Origin: Candidatus Poseidoniales archaeon
GTDB lineage: Archaea; Thermoplasmatota; Poseidoniia; Poseidoniales; Thalassarchaeaceae
Assembly: GCA_003602515.1 (NCBI GenBank)
Contig: QQSB01000006.1
Location: 16,234 to 80,233 of the forward strand
DNA: 64,000 bases
Direction of reading: 5' to 3'
Part shown: piece after piece, positions 41,298 to 50,863 of the stretch
Position numbering within the stretch: the stretch's first letter is position 1
Layout: the number at the start of each line of letters is the position of its first letter
The notes under the pieces: generated by a model
Told to the model about the DNA's origin: nothing
The model's database searches: none
The model's input: the letters and a program-made list of their open reading frames with translations, nothing else
Program-made: the position numbers and the translations under genes

Positions 41298-42260
41298 TCA
41301 TCCCAAGTGGGAGTCGTGACCCACAATCTTACCTTTCATTTCCGTCCCCTCAGGTATCCTTGCTCCTCTGCCTATTAGACACTCATCCAGAATACTACCA
41401 GCTCCTACCTCAGCATAGTCGAGGATTACAGAGTTCGTGACAGTTGCTCCCTCCCCTACGACGGACGAATGGCCCACTGAACTACCAGAGACCAGGCCTA
41501 GGCTCTCCGAGTCTTCGCCGAACCAAGAGTCCCCATTAACCGAGCCGCTGTCGAATTTTCTCTCGACTATGCAAACCTGAGTCGCCTCGATGAAGGATCC
41601 CGGGGTGCCTGCATCCACGAACCACCCCTCGTAAGGGAAACCATTCAGTCCACCAGTTTCAGCCAGATCCTCGTAGATATCCCTCTCTATGCTGTGGGCA
41701 CCCTCCGGCATTAGATTGAAGATCTCAGGCTCTAGGATGTAAGTTCCCGCATTAATGAGGTTTGAGTACGCCTCCTCAATCGGAGGCTTCTCTTGGAATC
41801 TCATAATCTTCCCACTTTCTTCCCGATAGTCGGCCACTCCGAAACGCGATGGGTCCTCTACCTCCCACAGCGCAATGGTTCCAATACCCTCGTTACTTCT
41901 ATGGAAATCTAGCATTTCTTCGACTCTCAAACTGGTGATCAAATCGCCATTAATCACACAGAAAGTGCCACCAGAGAGGTGACTCTTGCAGTTTGCAATG
42001 GCACCCCCGGTCCCGAGGGGTTCGGTCTCTTCGATAATTCTCACCTCATACGGAAGCGGGGTGTTGGCGAAATGGGAACGCATCTTCTCGACACCATAGC
42101 CAGCAGCGATTAGCACCCTGTCGACCAGGGATTCCGGAAGAACGTCTACTACATGCTCAATCATTGACTTATCCAGAATCGGTAGAAGGGGCTTCGGAAC
42201 GCTCTCCGTCCATGGCCTTAGCCTAGTCCCGAATCCTCCTGCCAGAACGATTACATCCAC
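41298..42260 (-). CDS. NDP-sugar pyrophosphorylase (nucleotidyltransferase + left-handed beta-helix; mannose-1-P guanylyl- / glucose-1-P thymidylyl-transferase-like)
   Basis: MDVIVLAGGFGTRLRP...PKPLLPI N-terminus and C-terminal hexapeptide-repeat region. Confidence 0.8.
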   Translation of the reverse strand: MDVIVLAGGFGTRLRPWTESVPKPLLPILDKSMIEHVVDVLPESLVDRVLIAAGYGVEKMRSHFANTPLPYEVRIIEETEPLGTGGAIANCKSHLSGGTFCVINGDLITSLRVEEMLDFHRSNEGIGTIALWEVEDPSRFGVADYREESGKIMRFQEKPPIEEAYSNLINAGTYILEPEIFNLMPEGAHSIERDIYEDLAETGGLNGFPYEGWFVDAGTPGSFIEATQVCIVERKFDSGSVNGDSWFGEDSESLGLVSGSSVGHSSVVGEGATVTNSVILDYAEVGAGSILDECLIGRGARIPEGTEMKGKIVGHDSHLG

Positions 42261-42359
42261 GGACCCCCCAGCACCTCACTGCCTTTCATCGCTTCGTGAC
42301 TCTTCTTCGGAAGATTGAGCTCCGCATCTTTCAAGACCATACCTCGGCTGGGTCGACCA

Positions 42360-43565
42360 ATGAACATTCATGAGTATCAGGCAAAGTCCATGTTTAGAGA
42401 GTCGGGAGTGGCTGTCCAACGTGGAGTTCACTGCACTACGGTCGAACAAGCACTATCCGCTTACGACTCTCTCAACTCAGATGTTGTCGCGGTAAAAAGC
42501 CAGATTCATGCTGGTGGAAGGGGCAAGGGAGATTTGTTCTGCCCTGACTCTGGAGAGTTAGTGATGCAGGGAGGAGTGAAGGTTGCCTTCTCCAGGGAGG
42601 AAGTAGAAAACTATGCCTCAAACATCCTGGGTCACAAACTCGTAACCAAGCAGACAGGCCCTTCTGGGAAGATCGTAAGTAACTTGTACGTTGAATCTGG
42701 TTGCGAAATAGCTCACGAGTACTATCTTGCAATGCTAGTTGACAGAGAGGAGGACGCGATCCTGATCATGGCTTCCACCGAGGGCGGAGTGGATATTGAG
42801 GAGGTTGCCGAGACTTCTCCTGAAGCCATTCACAAAGTTTGGTTTGACCCATCCGATGGTTTGAGTGAGGAGGTTGCAAACTCTCTCGGAGATTCCCTCG
42901 GCCTGTCGGGAAACTCCTGCACCTCATTTACAGAGATGATGGTCAGTCTGGCCTCTTTGTTCACCGAGAAGGACTGCTCTATGATCGAGATTAACCCCCT
43001 TGTGAGAGACGGTAATGGACTCATGGTGGCTTTGGATGCAAAGGTCAGCTTCGATGAGAATGCCACATTCAGGCATCCATGGAGGGAAGGTCTCAGAGAC
43101 AGATCGGAAGAGTCAGATGTGGAAGTAAGGGCTCATGAACACGGTCTATCATATGTAGACTTAGAAGGAAACATCGGCTGTTTGGTCAATGGTGCCGGCC
43201 TGGCAATGGCCACAATGGATGTAATCAAGCTGTATGGGGGGGAGCCAGCAAACTTCCTAGACATTGGAGGGGGCGCAGATAGCGAATCAATCACCGCCGC
43301 TTTCGAGATAATTCTTGAGGACACGCGTCTGGAGGGGATACTCGTCAATATCTTTGGAGGCATAATCAGATGCGATATGGTTGCTCGGAGTATCATCGAG
43401 GCCTCAGAGGAGACAGGTCTGAATATCCCTCTAGTAGTCAGGTTCTCTGGTACTAATCACGACGAAGGTAGGAAGGTACTGGAAGAATCAGATCTCGATG
43501 TGATTACTGTCAGCACCCTAGGGGATGCTGGCGAGGCAATAGTCAAAGCAATCGGGGGGAACTAG
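42360..43565 (+). CDS. sucC: Succinyl-CoA synthetase beta subunit
   Basis: [10 protein letters not shown]-terminus, ATP-grasp and ligase-CoA domains. The start was set at ATG 42360. Confidence 0.9.
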   Translation: MNIHEYQAKSMFRESGVAVQRGVHCTTVEQALSAYDSLNSDVVAVKSQIHAGGRGKGDLFCPDSGELVMQGGVKVAFSREEVENYASNILGHKLVTKQTGPSGKIVSNLYVESGCEIAHEYYLAMLVDREEDAILIMASTEGGVDIEEVAETSPEAIHKVWFDPSDGLSEEVANSLGDSLGLSGNSCTSFTEMMVSLASLFTEKDCSMIEINPLVRDGNGLMVALDAKVSFDENATFRHPWREGLRDRSEESDVEVRAHEHGLSYVDLEGNIGCLVNGAGLAMATMDVIKLYGGEPANFLDIGGGADSESITAAFEIILEDTRLEGILVNIFGGIIRCDMVARSIIEASEETGLNIPLVVRFSGTNHDEGRKVLEESDLDVITVSTLGDAGEAIVKAIGGN

Positions 43566-43567
43566 AC

Positions 43568-44497
43568 ATGAGTATTTGGATTAATGATGAGACGAGGGTC
43601 CTGGTACAGGGAATCACAGGAAGCCAAGGAACGTTTCATGGGAAGATGATGATCGAATACGGTACTGAAATAGTCGGCGGAGTCACTCCAGGAAAGGGAG
43701 GGCAAGTCGTGGAACTATCGGGCAGATCAGTTCCAGTATTCAATACGATGTCAGAAGCAGTCTCCACTACCGAGGCAGTAGCCAGTGTGATTTACGTTCC
43801 AGCGCGATTCGCAGCTCCTGCAATAATCGAGGCTGCTGACTCATTCCACGAATTGAACGGAGGAGGGCTAATCGTCTGCATCACTGAGGGGATCCCAACT
43901 CTTGACATGGTCAAGGTAATATCGCACTTGGAAAAAAGACCCGGTGTCAGGCTAATCGGACCAAATTGCCCCGGAATAATCTCGCCTGGCTCCGATGGCG
44001 GGTGCAAGATAGGGATAATGCCCGGTTCCATACACGCCAAGGGTAGGATTGGAATAATCTCCAAGTCGGGGACCCTAACTTACGAGGCAGTCGCACAAAC
44101 TATGAGCGTAGGAGAAGGACAAACCACCTGTGTTGGAATCGGAGGCGACCCGGTAAATGGAACCGGATTTATCGAGTGCCTGGAAGCCTTCGAGAATGAT
44201 CCTGACACCGCGGCAGTTGTAATGATTGGAGAGATTGGTGGCACTGCAGAAGAGGAAGCAGCAGCATGGTCCAAGAATAACTTCTCCAAGCCACTTGTAG
44301 GATTCGTCGCAGGAGCTACAGCACCACCAGGCAAGCGGATGGGGCACGCTGGAGCAATCATTTCAGGCGGCAAGGGAACTGCGGAGGAGAAGTTCTCCGC
44401 ATTCGAAGCTGCGGGAATCCACATCGCTCGTGATCCATCAAAGATTGGTGAGGCCCTGGTATCGGCCCTGGTAGAAGCAGGCCTGCGAGAGTCTTAG
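43568..44497 (+). CDS. sucD: Succinyl-CoA synthetase alpha subunit
   Basis: [14 protein letters not shown] CoA-binding N-terminus. The phosphohistidine loop [13 protein letters not shown] is present. Confidence 0.9.
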   Translation: MSIWINDETRVLVQGITGSQGTFHGKMMIEYGTEIVGGVTPGKGGQVVELSGRSVPVFNTMSEAVSTTEAVASVIYVPARFAAPAIIEAADSFHELNGGGLIVCITEGIPTLDMVKVISHLEKRPGVRLIGPNCPGIISPGSDGGCKIGIMPGSIHAKGRIGIISKSGTLTYEAVAQTMSVGEGQTTCVGIGGDPVNGTGFIECLEAFENDPDTAAVVMIGEIGGTAEEEAAAWSKNNFSKPLVGFVAGATAPPGKRMGHAGAIISGGKGTAEEKFSAFEAAGIHIARDPSKIGEALVSALVEAGLRES

Positions 44498-44523
44498 GAA
44501 CAGAAACCTCTAGCGAGATCAGG

Positions 44524-45531
44524 TTGGCAACCATGTCGAGTATTTTCAACTCCGATTTGGACTCCATACTGGAAGGCACATCTCGCTCGTTCTACTTGTC
44601 ACTGAAGGAGCTTCCAAGAGAAATTAGGAAACAAGTCAGTCTCCTTTACATGTTAGCCAGGACCTCTGACACAATTGCTGACTCCGAGGGTGGAGAACCG
44701 GAGGATCTTCTGCAGGCCCTGGAGTCATACAATGAGTTTACCCAGGGGAATACAGACGAGGCTCCGGACCTACAAGAACTCTCAGAATTCCAGAGCAACA
44801 TTTCCGAGGGACTGCTCCTCAAGAATGTAGACAAAGTAGCCTCCAACATCAGTCAATTCTCGGAATCCGACCAGGAGTCAATCCGTAATTGCTTAGGTAC
44901 CATCATAGGGGGGCAGATACTGGATTTGAAGAGATTCTCTTCCGGAGTAGATGGAATCCCATCCATCGAAGAAAATGATGAATTAGACGACTATGCGTAC
45001 AGAGTAGCCGGAAGTGTTGGCGAATTCTGGACGCAGATGTCTCTCGACCATCTATTCAAAATTAAAGAGGAAAATGAGGCGGAGATTTTCGAGAATGGAG
45101 TCAGATTCGGAAAGGCCCTACAGATGATTAACATCCTGAGAGATATACCAGCGGACTTGGAGCTGGGCCGCTGCTACATCCCGAGGAGAAGCCTGGATGA
45201 GCATGGCATGTCTCCCTCAGATTTGCTGGACTCATCCAAAATGGAATCCTTCAGACCACTATACAACGAATATCTCGATTTGACTGACCAGCATCTCGAT
45301 TCCGCAGTCCAGTACATCGAGATGCTGCCACACTCACAGTTTCGTCTTCGTGGTTCTTGCATGCTACCAGTTATAATTGGGAAGAAGACCGTTTCCCTCC
45401 TCAGAGGAAGAAACGTTCTGGACCCCGAGAAGAAGGTCAAGATCAGTAGATCAGAGGTCAAAGAAGTAGTAAAAAAAGTCATCATGGCAGTGCCATTCAA
45501 GGGCTCCAGCAAGAGACTACTAAGAGAATAA
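44524..45531 (+). CDS. Squalene/phytoene synthase family protein (head-to-head trans-isoprenyl diphosphate synthase), paralog 1
   Basis: Motifs YMLARTSDTIAD (first Asp-rich), YAYRVAGSVGEF and LQMINILRDIPADLELGRCYIP (second Asp-rich). Confidence 0.75.
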   Translation: MATMSSIFNSDLDSILEGTSRSFYLSLKELPREIRKQVSLLYMLARTSDTIADSEGGEPEDLLQALESYNEFTQGNTDEAPDLQELSEFQSNISEGLLLKNVDKVASNISQFSESDQESIRNCLGTIIGGQILDLKRFSSGVDGIPSIEENDELDDYAYRVAGSVGEFWTQMSLDHLFKIKEENEAEIFENGVRFGKALQMINILRDIPADLELGRCYIPRRSLDEHGMSPSDLLDSSKMESFRPLYNEYLDLTDQHLDSAVQYIEMLPHSQFRLRGSCMLPVIIGKKTVSLLRGRNVLDPEKKVKISRSEVKEVVKKVIMAVPFKGSSKRLLRE

Positions 45532-45638
45532 CTAATCAGATAAAGTCCGTTTTTCTCTACCAAAAATAACGATGCTCGCTCCAGTCGTAGTCGGGAGACA
45601 TTCAAGTGGACCCTTATGTCGCCCATTTCTGAAGAGAT

Positions 45639-46889
45639 ATGACTCAGGGCAGAGAATCCGAAAGCGAGACCATCCTCGATGCGGAGATCGACGATCCAGC
45701 GTATACAGAACCAACAACTAGTATGGAAGAGCAAATAGACATCGTCAGAGCAACTGTTGATATTACTAAGGAAGCCGCCAGAGCAATCAGCATCACAGCC
45801 ATAGAGGCAGTCCGAGAAAGTGCTCTTTTCATGGGCGTCATTGGATCGAGAGGGGAATTGCTGGACCCATTCATACACATTGATGCACCAATCTGGACTG
45901 AACCAGAAATACCTCGTCACATGGTGGAAACATCATATGAATTCTGCGAGGAACTAACTCGTAGAGAAGCAGGAAATTTCTACCACTCTTTCAAGTATCT
46001 GCCAGAGGAAAAGCGTCGTTCAATAATGGCATACTACGCCTTTTGTCGCAGAGCAGATGATATTGCCGATGGCGACTTCGAAGACGTCTTCCCCGGGGGC
46101 TCATCAGATGACCCAGAATCCGTAAATTACAGATCAGACATTGAAAGATTGAGCCCGGGAGGGCCGGTCTTGGATCGATCGACATACAACGACAAAATGT
46201 CCCAATTGTTCTACTACCGTAAGAAACTGTCAACTGCATATGGCGATTATACATCTACTGATCCAATTTTCATCGCTCTGAAGGACACTGTGATGAAGTA
46301 CGGAATTCAAAGACAATTACTGGACGATATGATCAGCGGTATGGAAAATGATTTCCATAAGAATCGTTATCAATCCTTCGAAGAACTATACTCTTACTGT
46401 TACAGAGTAGCTTCCACAGTGGGTCTGGTGTGTATAGAAATATACGGATACGATGACCCAAAAGCAAAGGAATATGCTGAGTCTTGGGGCGTCTTCATGC
46501 AACTAATCAATATCATCAGAGATGTATCCGAAGATGCAAAGAGAGACAGAATCTATCTCCCTCTAGACGATCTCGCTCGCTGGGGAATCTCGGAGGAAGA
46601 CATCAAGAGCGGCGAAACTCTTCTCGAACACCCTGGTTGGGCACCATTTGTAGAGGAGTACTTGGAGAGGGCAGATGGATACCGGCAGAGGGCATTCAAA
46701 CTACTCACCCACTTGGATAAGTCCGCTAGATACTCACCCGCCGCAATGGCTTCATTCTACCAATCTATCATGGCCAAGATTTCCAAGAAGAAAGGCGACG
46801 TATTCTCCGAGAGGATCCAACTTTCCAAGACCGAGAAGATTCTGCTAGCCGGATACGTGTACATAAGGTACAGATTCTTAGGCTTCTAA
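45639..46889 (+). CDS. Squalene/phytoene synthase family protein, paralog 2, with an N-terminal extension of about 100 aa
   Basis: Motifs YYAFCRRADDIADGD, YSYCYRVASTVGLV and MQLINIIRDVSEDAKRDRIYLP. Confidence 0.75.
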   Translation: MTQGRESESETILDAEIDDPAYTEPTTSMEEQIDIVRATVDITKEAARAISITAIEAVRESALFMGVIGSRGELLDPFIHIDAPIWTEPEIPRHMVETSYEFCEELTRREAGNFYHSFKYLPEEKRRSIMAYYAFCRRADDIADGDFEDVFPGGSSDDPESVNYRSDIERLSPGGPVLDRSTYNDKMSQLFYYRKKLSTAYGDYTSTDPIFIALKDTVMKYGIQRQLLDDMISGMENDFHKNRYQSFEELYSYCYRVASTVGLVCIEIYGYDDPKAKEYAESWGVFMQLINIIRDVSEDAKRDRIYLPLDDLARWGISEEDIKSGETLLEHPGWAPFVEEYLERADGYRQRAFKLLTHLDKSARYSPAAMASFYQSIMAKISKKKGDVFSERIQLSKTEKILLAGYVYIRYRFLGF

Positions 46890-46954
46890 AGTAAACGAGT
46901 GCACGATGCCTAACACATGGAAGAAGTATTAGTCAATGGTAAGGAGGATGAGGC

Positions 46955-48724
46955 ATGAGGGTGGCAGTTCTTCTTGAGGAACGCTGCAAGCCCAACAGCA
47001 ATGCGTTCGCCTACCTGAAGAAGTACTCAGCCATGTGCGACAGGGAATGCATTCAGGTAGAGGGGTCAAAGTGTAAGATACTGGAGACTGCATGCCCGGT
47101 TTGCTTCACCAGGGTAAAGCACTGTCCAGATGATGCGGTAAAAATCATCAATCTCCCAGAGGAACTGGACACCGATTTGACACACTCTTTCGGAGAGAAC
47201 TCATTCAGACTATTCAGGCTACCATCCCCTCGACAAGACCAGATAGTGGGAATACTGGGCCCCAATGGAATTGGTAAATCAACTGCAATCAATCTGCTGT
47301 CAGGTACATTCAGGCCAAATCTGGGGGACTGGACCGACCCTTCACCAGAGTGGGAACAGGTGATCTCAACGTTCCCTAGAGGGGAGCTAAGAGATTACCT
47401 GGGGTTGGTTGCAGAGGGAGAAGTTAGCATAGCAGTGAAGCCACAGTATATCGACAAACTACCTCGCATTTTCGAAGGAGAAGTCAATCAACTCCTGACT
47501 AGGGTGGATGATAGGGAGGAGATGGACAGATACTCCGAGTTGATGGGGATATCCCATATTATCGACAGAAAGTTGGGCGATCTATCTGGAGGGGAATTGC
47601 AGAGAGTTGCGATTTGTGCCACCCTGCTAAAGGAGGCTGACGTCTACTTCTTCGATGAGCCATCTTCCTACTTGGACATATACGAGAGGATGAGAATGGT
47701 GGGAGTGGTTCGGGATCTGGCCGAGAGGGGCAAGAGAGTACTCGTAGTGGAGCACGACCTGGCAATTCTCGACGTTCTATGTGACTTAGTTCACGTAATT
47801 TATGGAGATAGATCTGCATACGGAATCTTCACCCCACCCAGATCCACTAGGACTGCAATCAATGCATATCTCGATGGCTATCTTCCTGAGGAGAATGTCA
47901 GGATAAGGGACAAGCCAATTCGATTCCTAAGGGGTCGAACACGTGGGGAGGAGGTTGGCACACCGGTTCTCAAATGGGGATCGATAGAGAAAAATCTCGG
48001 CGACTTCAATCTAAAGACTGGAGAAGGAGAGGTGAAGTCAGCCGAGGTTGTTGGCGTAGTCGGGCCCAATGCAACTGGGAAGACGACCCTCGTCAAGATT
48101 ATCGCTGGCGAAATAGATCCAGACGAGGGATGGTGTACTATGGATTCCAAGGTCTCATACAAACCTCAGCATGTTAGGGCTGACTTCGAGGGAACTGTCC
48201 AGAACTGGCTCGATTACGAACTAGGGAGTAAATGGCGAAGCGGCGAATTCCATACCCAGGTTATCCGGGCACTTCAAGTCGACAAGATGCAGGATCTTCA
48301 GACCACGAAACTATCTGGTGGGGAACTACAGGCAGTCAGTATAGCCATCTGCCTAGGCAAGGAGGCAGATCTATACCTGTTCGACGAGCCCAGCGCACAT
48401 CTGGATGCAAATGCAAGAATGGAGGCAGCAAAGGCAATCAGGCGGACGATGGAAAGTAATGAGAAGGCTGCAATGGTAATCGATCACGATACGTATTTCC
48501 TCGACATAGTAAGCGACTCCATCCTTGTTTTCCAGGGTGAAGGTGGCAAAAATGGCCTTGCTGTCGGCCCCCTTTCCCTGAGGAAGGGGATGAACCTCTT
48601 CCTATCCGATGCCGACGTCACTTTCCGAAGGGACGTGGAATCACACCGGCCAAGGATAAACAAACCATCGAGCAGGAAGGATCGCGAACAGAAGTCATCC
48701 GGAGAATACTTCTACTCAGACTAG
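46955..48724 (+). CDS. ABCE1 (RNase L inhibitor-like ribosome recycling/initiation ATPase): N-terminal Fe-S domain plus two ABC domains
   Basis: Cys-rich N-terminus ending KIINLP, then two NBDs (GPNGIGKST / LSGGELQR / FFDEPS, and GPNATGKTT / LSGGELQ / LFDEPS). The Cys spacing in the Fe-S domain is non-canonical, with 7 Cys. Confidence 0.85.
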   Translation: MRVAVLLEERCKPNSNAFAYLKKYSAMCDRECIQVEGSKCKILETACPVCFTRVKHCPDDAVKIINLPEELDTDLTHSFGENSFRLFRLPSPRQDQIVGILGPNGIGKSTAINLLSGTFRPNLGDWTDPSPEWEQVISTFPRGELRDYLGLVAEGEVSIAVKPQYIDKLPRIFEGEVNQLLTRVDDREEMDRYSELMGISHIIDRKLGDLSGGELQRVAICATLLKEADVYFFDEPSSYLDIYERMRMVGVVRDLAERGKRVLVVEHDLAILDVLCDLVHVIYGDRSAYGIFTPPRSTRTAINAYLDGYLPEENVRIRDKPIRFLRGRTRGEEVGTPVLKWGSIEKNLGDFNLKTGEGEVKSAEVVGVVGPNATGKTTLVKIIAGEIDPDEGWCTMDSKVSYKPQHVRADFEGTVQNWLDYELGSKWRSGEFHTQVIRALQVDKMQDLQTTKLSGGELQAVSIAICLGKEADLYLFDEPSAHLDANARMEAAKAIRRTMESNEKAAMVIDHDTYFLDIVSDSILVFQGEGGKNGLAVGPLSLRKGMNLFLSDADVTFRRDVESHRPRINKPSSRKDREQKSSGEYFYSD

Positions 48725-48767
48725 CATTGACCATTGGATTCTTGAGGGGCCATTCCAGCCCATTGAC

Positions 48768-49262
48768 GTGACAGAAGAGGCGCCAGACGGTGAAACATCT
48801 CCTCATGACGAAGAGGAGCCTGACTTTGAGGCAATGGTTTCTGAACTAGAGAAGGAAATCCAGTACGCCAAGGCAGAGACAGCGAACGCAGTTCAGAGGG
48901 CGGTGAGAGATAGGTCAGAGGCCCTGAAGTATGGGGGCGCTTCACTTGCAAGACGCATAATCCCTGCAATCGACCATCTGTCAAAGGCCGTCGAAGCTTC
49001 CGAAGGAGAGCAGGGTTCGGAGCCTCTAATCGAGGGTGTTAGGCTGACTTTAGATGGCTTGAGGTCCTCTCTGGAATCCGAGGGGATATCACAAATCGAT
49101 GCATTGGGGAAGAAATTCGACCCTACATGCATGGAGGCAATCGCAACCATCCCATGCCCGGAGGACAAGGAACCGGGTAGCGTGATTGAAGTCATTGAGA
49201 GTGGTTATAGGATGCACGATCGCATCCTTCGAGCATCCAGGGTCATTGTAGCCGAGGGCTAG
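48768..49262 (+). CDS. grpE: Nucleotide exchange factor GrpE
   Basis: The C-terminal KKFDPTCMEAIA...GSVIEVIESGYRMHDRILRASRVIVAE matches the GrpE signature (FDP..HEA...GY.L.DRVLRPA.V.V). Confidence 0.8.
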   Translation: MTEEAPDGETSPHDEEEPDFEAMVSELEKEIQYAKAETANAVQRAVRDRSEALKYGGASLARRIIPAIDHLSKAVEASEGEQGSEPLIEGVRLTLDGLRSSLESEGISQIDALGKKFDPTCMEAIATIPCPEDKEPGSVIEVIESGYRMHDRILRASRVIVAEG

Positions 49263-49264
49263 TC

Positions 49265-49762
49265 GTGACCATGAAAGGACGACTTCCGCTTTTCGCAGTC
49301 GGGCTAGTCTCGGCATATCTGCTCTCCATCTTATCAATCCATATTGCAGCCCCCGATGACCCAATTGAACCGGTGGAATTCCCCACCAAATGCCCTGATG
49401 ATTCACTCAATTGCTCAATGATTGGTCCAAATCACCATAGAAGTGGAAATATTACTGAGATTAGAATCAATGCCAGTTTAGAAGAAGTGATGGATGAAGT
49501 AAGAAAATGGGTTGATTCTCAATCTGGAACAACCACTATAGGAGATTGGCCAGAGCAAACCCATGCCGTATTTAGAACGCTAATCATGCGATTTCCCGAT
49601 GATTTCGTAGTAAGAGGTTTCTGCGACGATGGTGACAGCGTACTGCATGTTTACTCAAAGTCACGTCTAGGTATTTCTGACCTAGGTGTGAACAAAGCGC
49701 GTATCGAGAGTTTCTCTGACTATATGATAAACGTCGAAATGGCTACATCAGAATGCGTCTAG
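49265..49762 (+). CDS. Small secreted/membrane-anchored protein, possibly DUF1499 family
   Basis: N-terminal TM/signal. The C-terminal SKSRLGISDLGVNKARIESF resembles the DUF1499 conserved block. This is from memory. Confidence 0.45.
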   Translation: MTMKGRLPLFAVGLVSAYLLSILSIHIAAPDDPIEPVEFPTKCPDDSLNCSMIGPNHHRSGNITEIRINASLEEVMDEVRKWVDSQSGTTTIGDWPEQTHAVFRTLIMRFPDDFVVRGFCDDGDSVLHVYSKSRLGISDLGVNKARIESFSDYMINVEMATSECV

Positions 49763-49780
49763 GAGTGATCGGCGCTTACC

Positions 49781-50836
49781 TTGTCTGCAATAATTGATCC
49801 AGATATTCGAAAGGCCCGCACCCTTCCGTCAGAATTCTACACCGATGAAGGAAAATTCGAAAAGATTTTGCAAGGATTTACCAAAAATTGGCACTTCGCA
49901 GCTCACAAGAGCCAACTATCGGGCAAGTCAGCAATAGAGTTGAGCCATCTGGAGAGAATGATAGGCGAATCAATAGTAATGGTGGCTGGGGATGAAATCA
50001 GGTGCATGTCGAACGTTTGCACCCATAGAGGGATGCTATTGGTAGATGGCAGTTGCTCCAAGAATACTCTACAGTGCCCATACCATGGCCGAACCTTCGG
50101 ATTAGATGGGAGGATGAAATCAATGCCAGAATTCGACCAAGTCGAAGGTTTCCCTACTATCCAAGATGACCTGCGCATCTTCCCATCCCTGTTCTGGAAG
50201 GGACTGGTTTTCACAGGAATAGAACCCGCTGGTATGGAAGCCTGCCTAGAAGAGATGGAAGAAAGGATTGGTTGGATGCCAATCGAGACATTCGAACACG
50301 ACCTTTCCAGGAATAGGTGCTATGATATCAGAGCAAATTGGGCCCTATACGTTGACAACTACTTAGAGGGCTTCCACATTCCATTCGTCCACGATGACCT
50401 CAACATGGCGCTGGACTACGACAATTACAGAACTGAGATTTTCGATGGTGGAGTCCTGCAGATTGGTATCGCTAGTAAGGGAGAACCAACTTTCGATATT
50501 CCAGAGACGTCACCAGATTTCGGACTAAATGTGGCAGCATATTACTACTGGATTTATCCAGGTCTAATGCTCAACTTCTACCCATGGGGCCTCTCTGTAA
50601 ACTTAGTCTCCCCATTGTCAATTGAGAGCACTAGGATAGAGTACTACGGATTTGTATGGGACAAGAAATTCCTCGGGAAGGGTGCAGGGGGTGACTTGGA
50701 CAAGGTTGAGGCAGAAGATCAGCACATTGTAGAATTCACACAGAGAGGGGTGTCATCAGGAGCTTATGAAAGAGGACGTTACTCCCCAACAAAGGAGACA
50801 GGGGTCCATCATTTCCATCGAATACTAACTTCTTAG
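49781..50836 (+). CDS. Rieske [2Fe-2S] non-heme iron oxygenase alpha subunit (short class-IA, VanA/TsaM/CntA-like)
   Basis: Rieske CTHRG-x17-CPYHG. Mononuclear Fe motif DNYLEGFHIPFVHDD (ExxHxxxxH). 351 aa. Confidence 0.8.
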   Translation: MSAIIDPDIRKARTLPSEFYTDEGKFEKILQGFTKNWHFAAHKSQLSGKSAIELSHLERMIGESIVMVAGDEIRCMSNVCTHRGMLLVDGSCSKNTLQCPYHGRTFGLDGRMKSMPEFDQVEGFPTIQDDLRIFPSLFWKGLVFTGIEPAGMEACLEEMEERIGWMPIETFEHDLSRNRCYDIRANWALYVDNYLEGFHIPFVHDDLNMALDYDNYRTEIFDGGVLQIGIASKGEPTFDIPETSPDFGLNVAAYYYWIYPGLMLNFYPWGLSVNLVSPLSIESTRIEYYGFVWDKKFLGKGAGGDLDKVEAEDQHIVEFTQRGVSSGAYERGRYSPTKETGVHHFHRILTS

Positions 50837-50863
50837 ATTCAATTCATAACTAATCGTCTATTC

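Noticed and set aside
38505-42260. Helicase + upstream gene as a type III (or type I) restriction-modification system.
   Set aside because: The upstream gene is a sugar nucleotidyltransferase, not a Mod/HsdM methyltransferase. No S subunit or methyltransferase motif (e.g. DPPY/NPPF) occurs in the neighbourhood.
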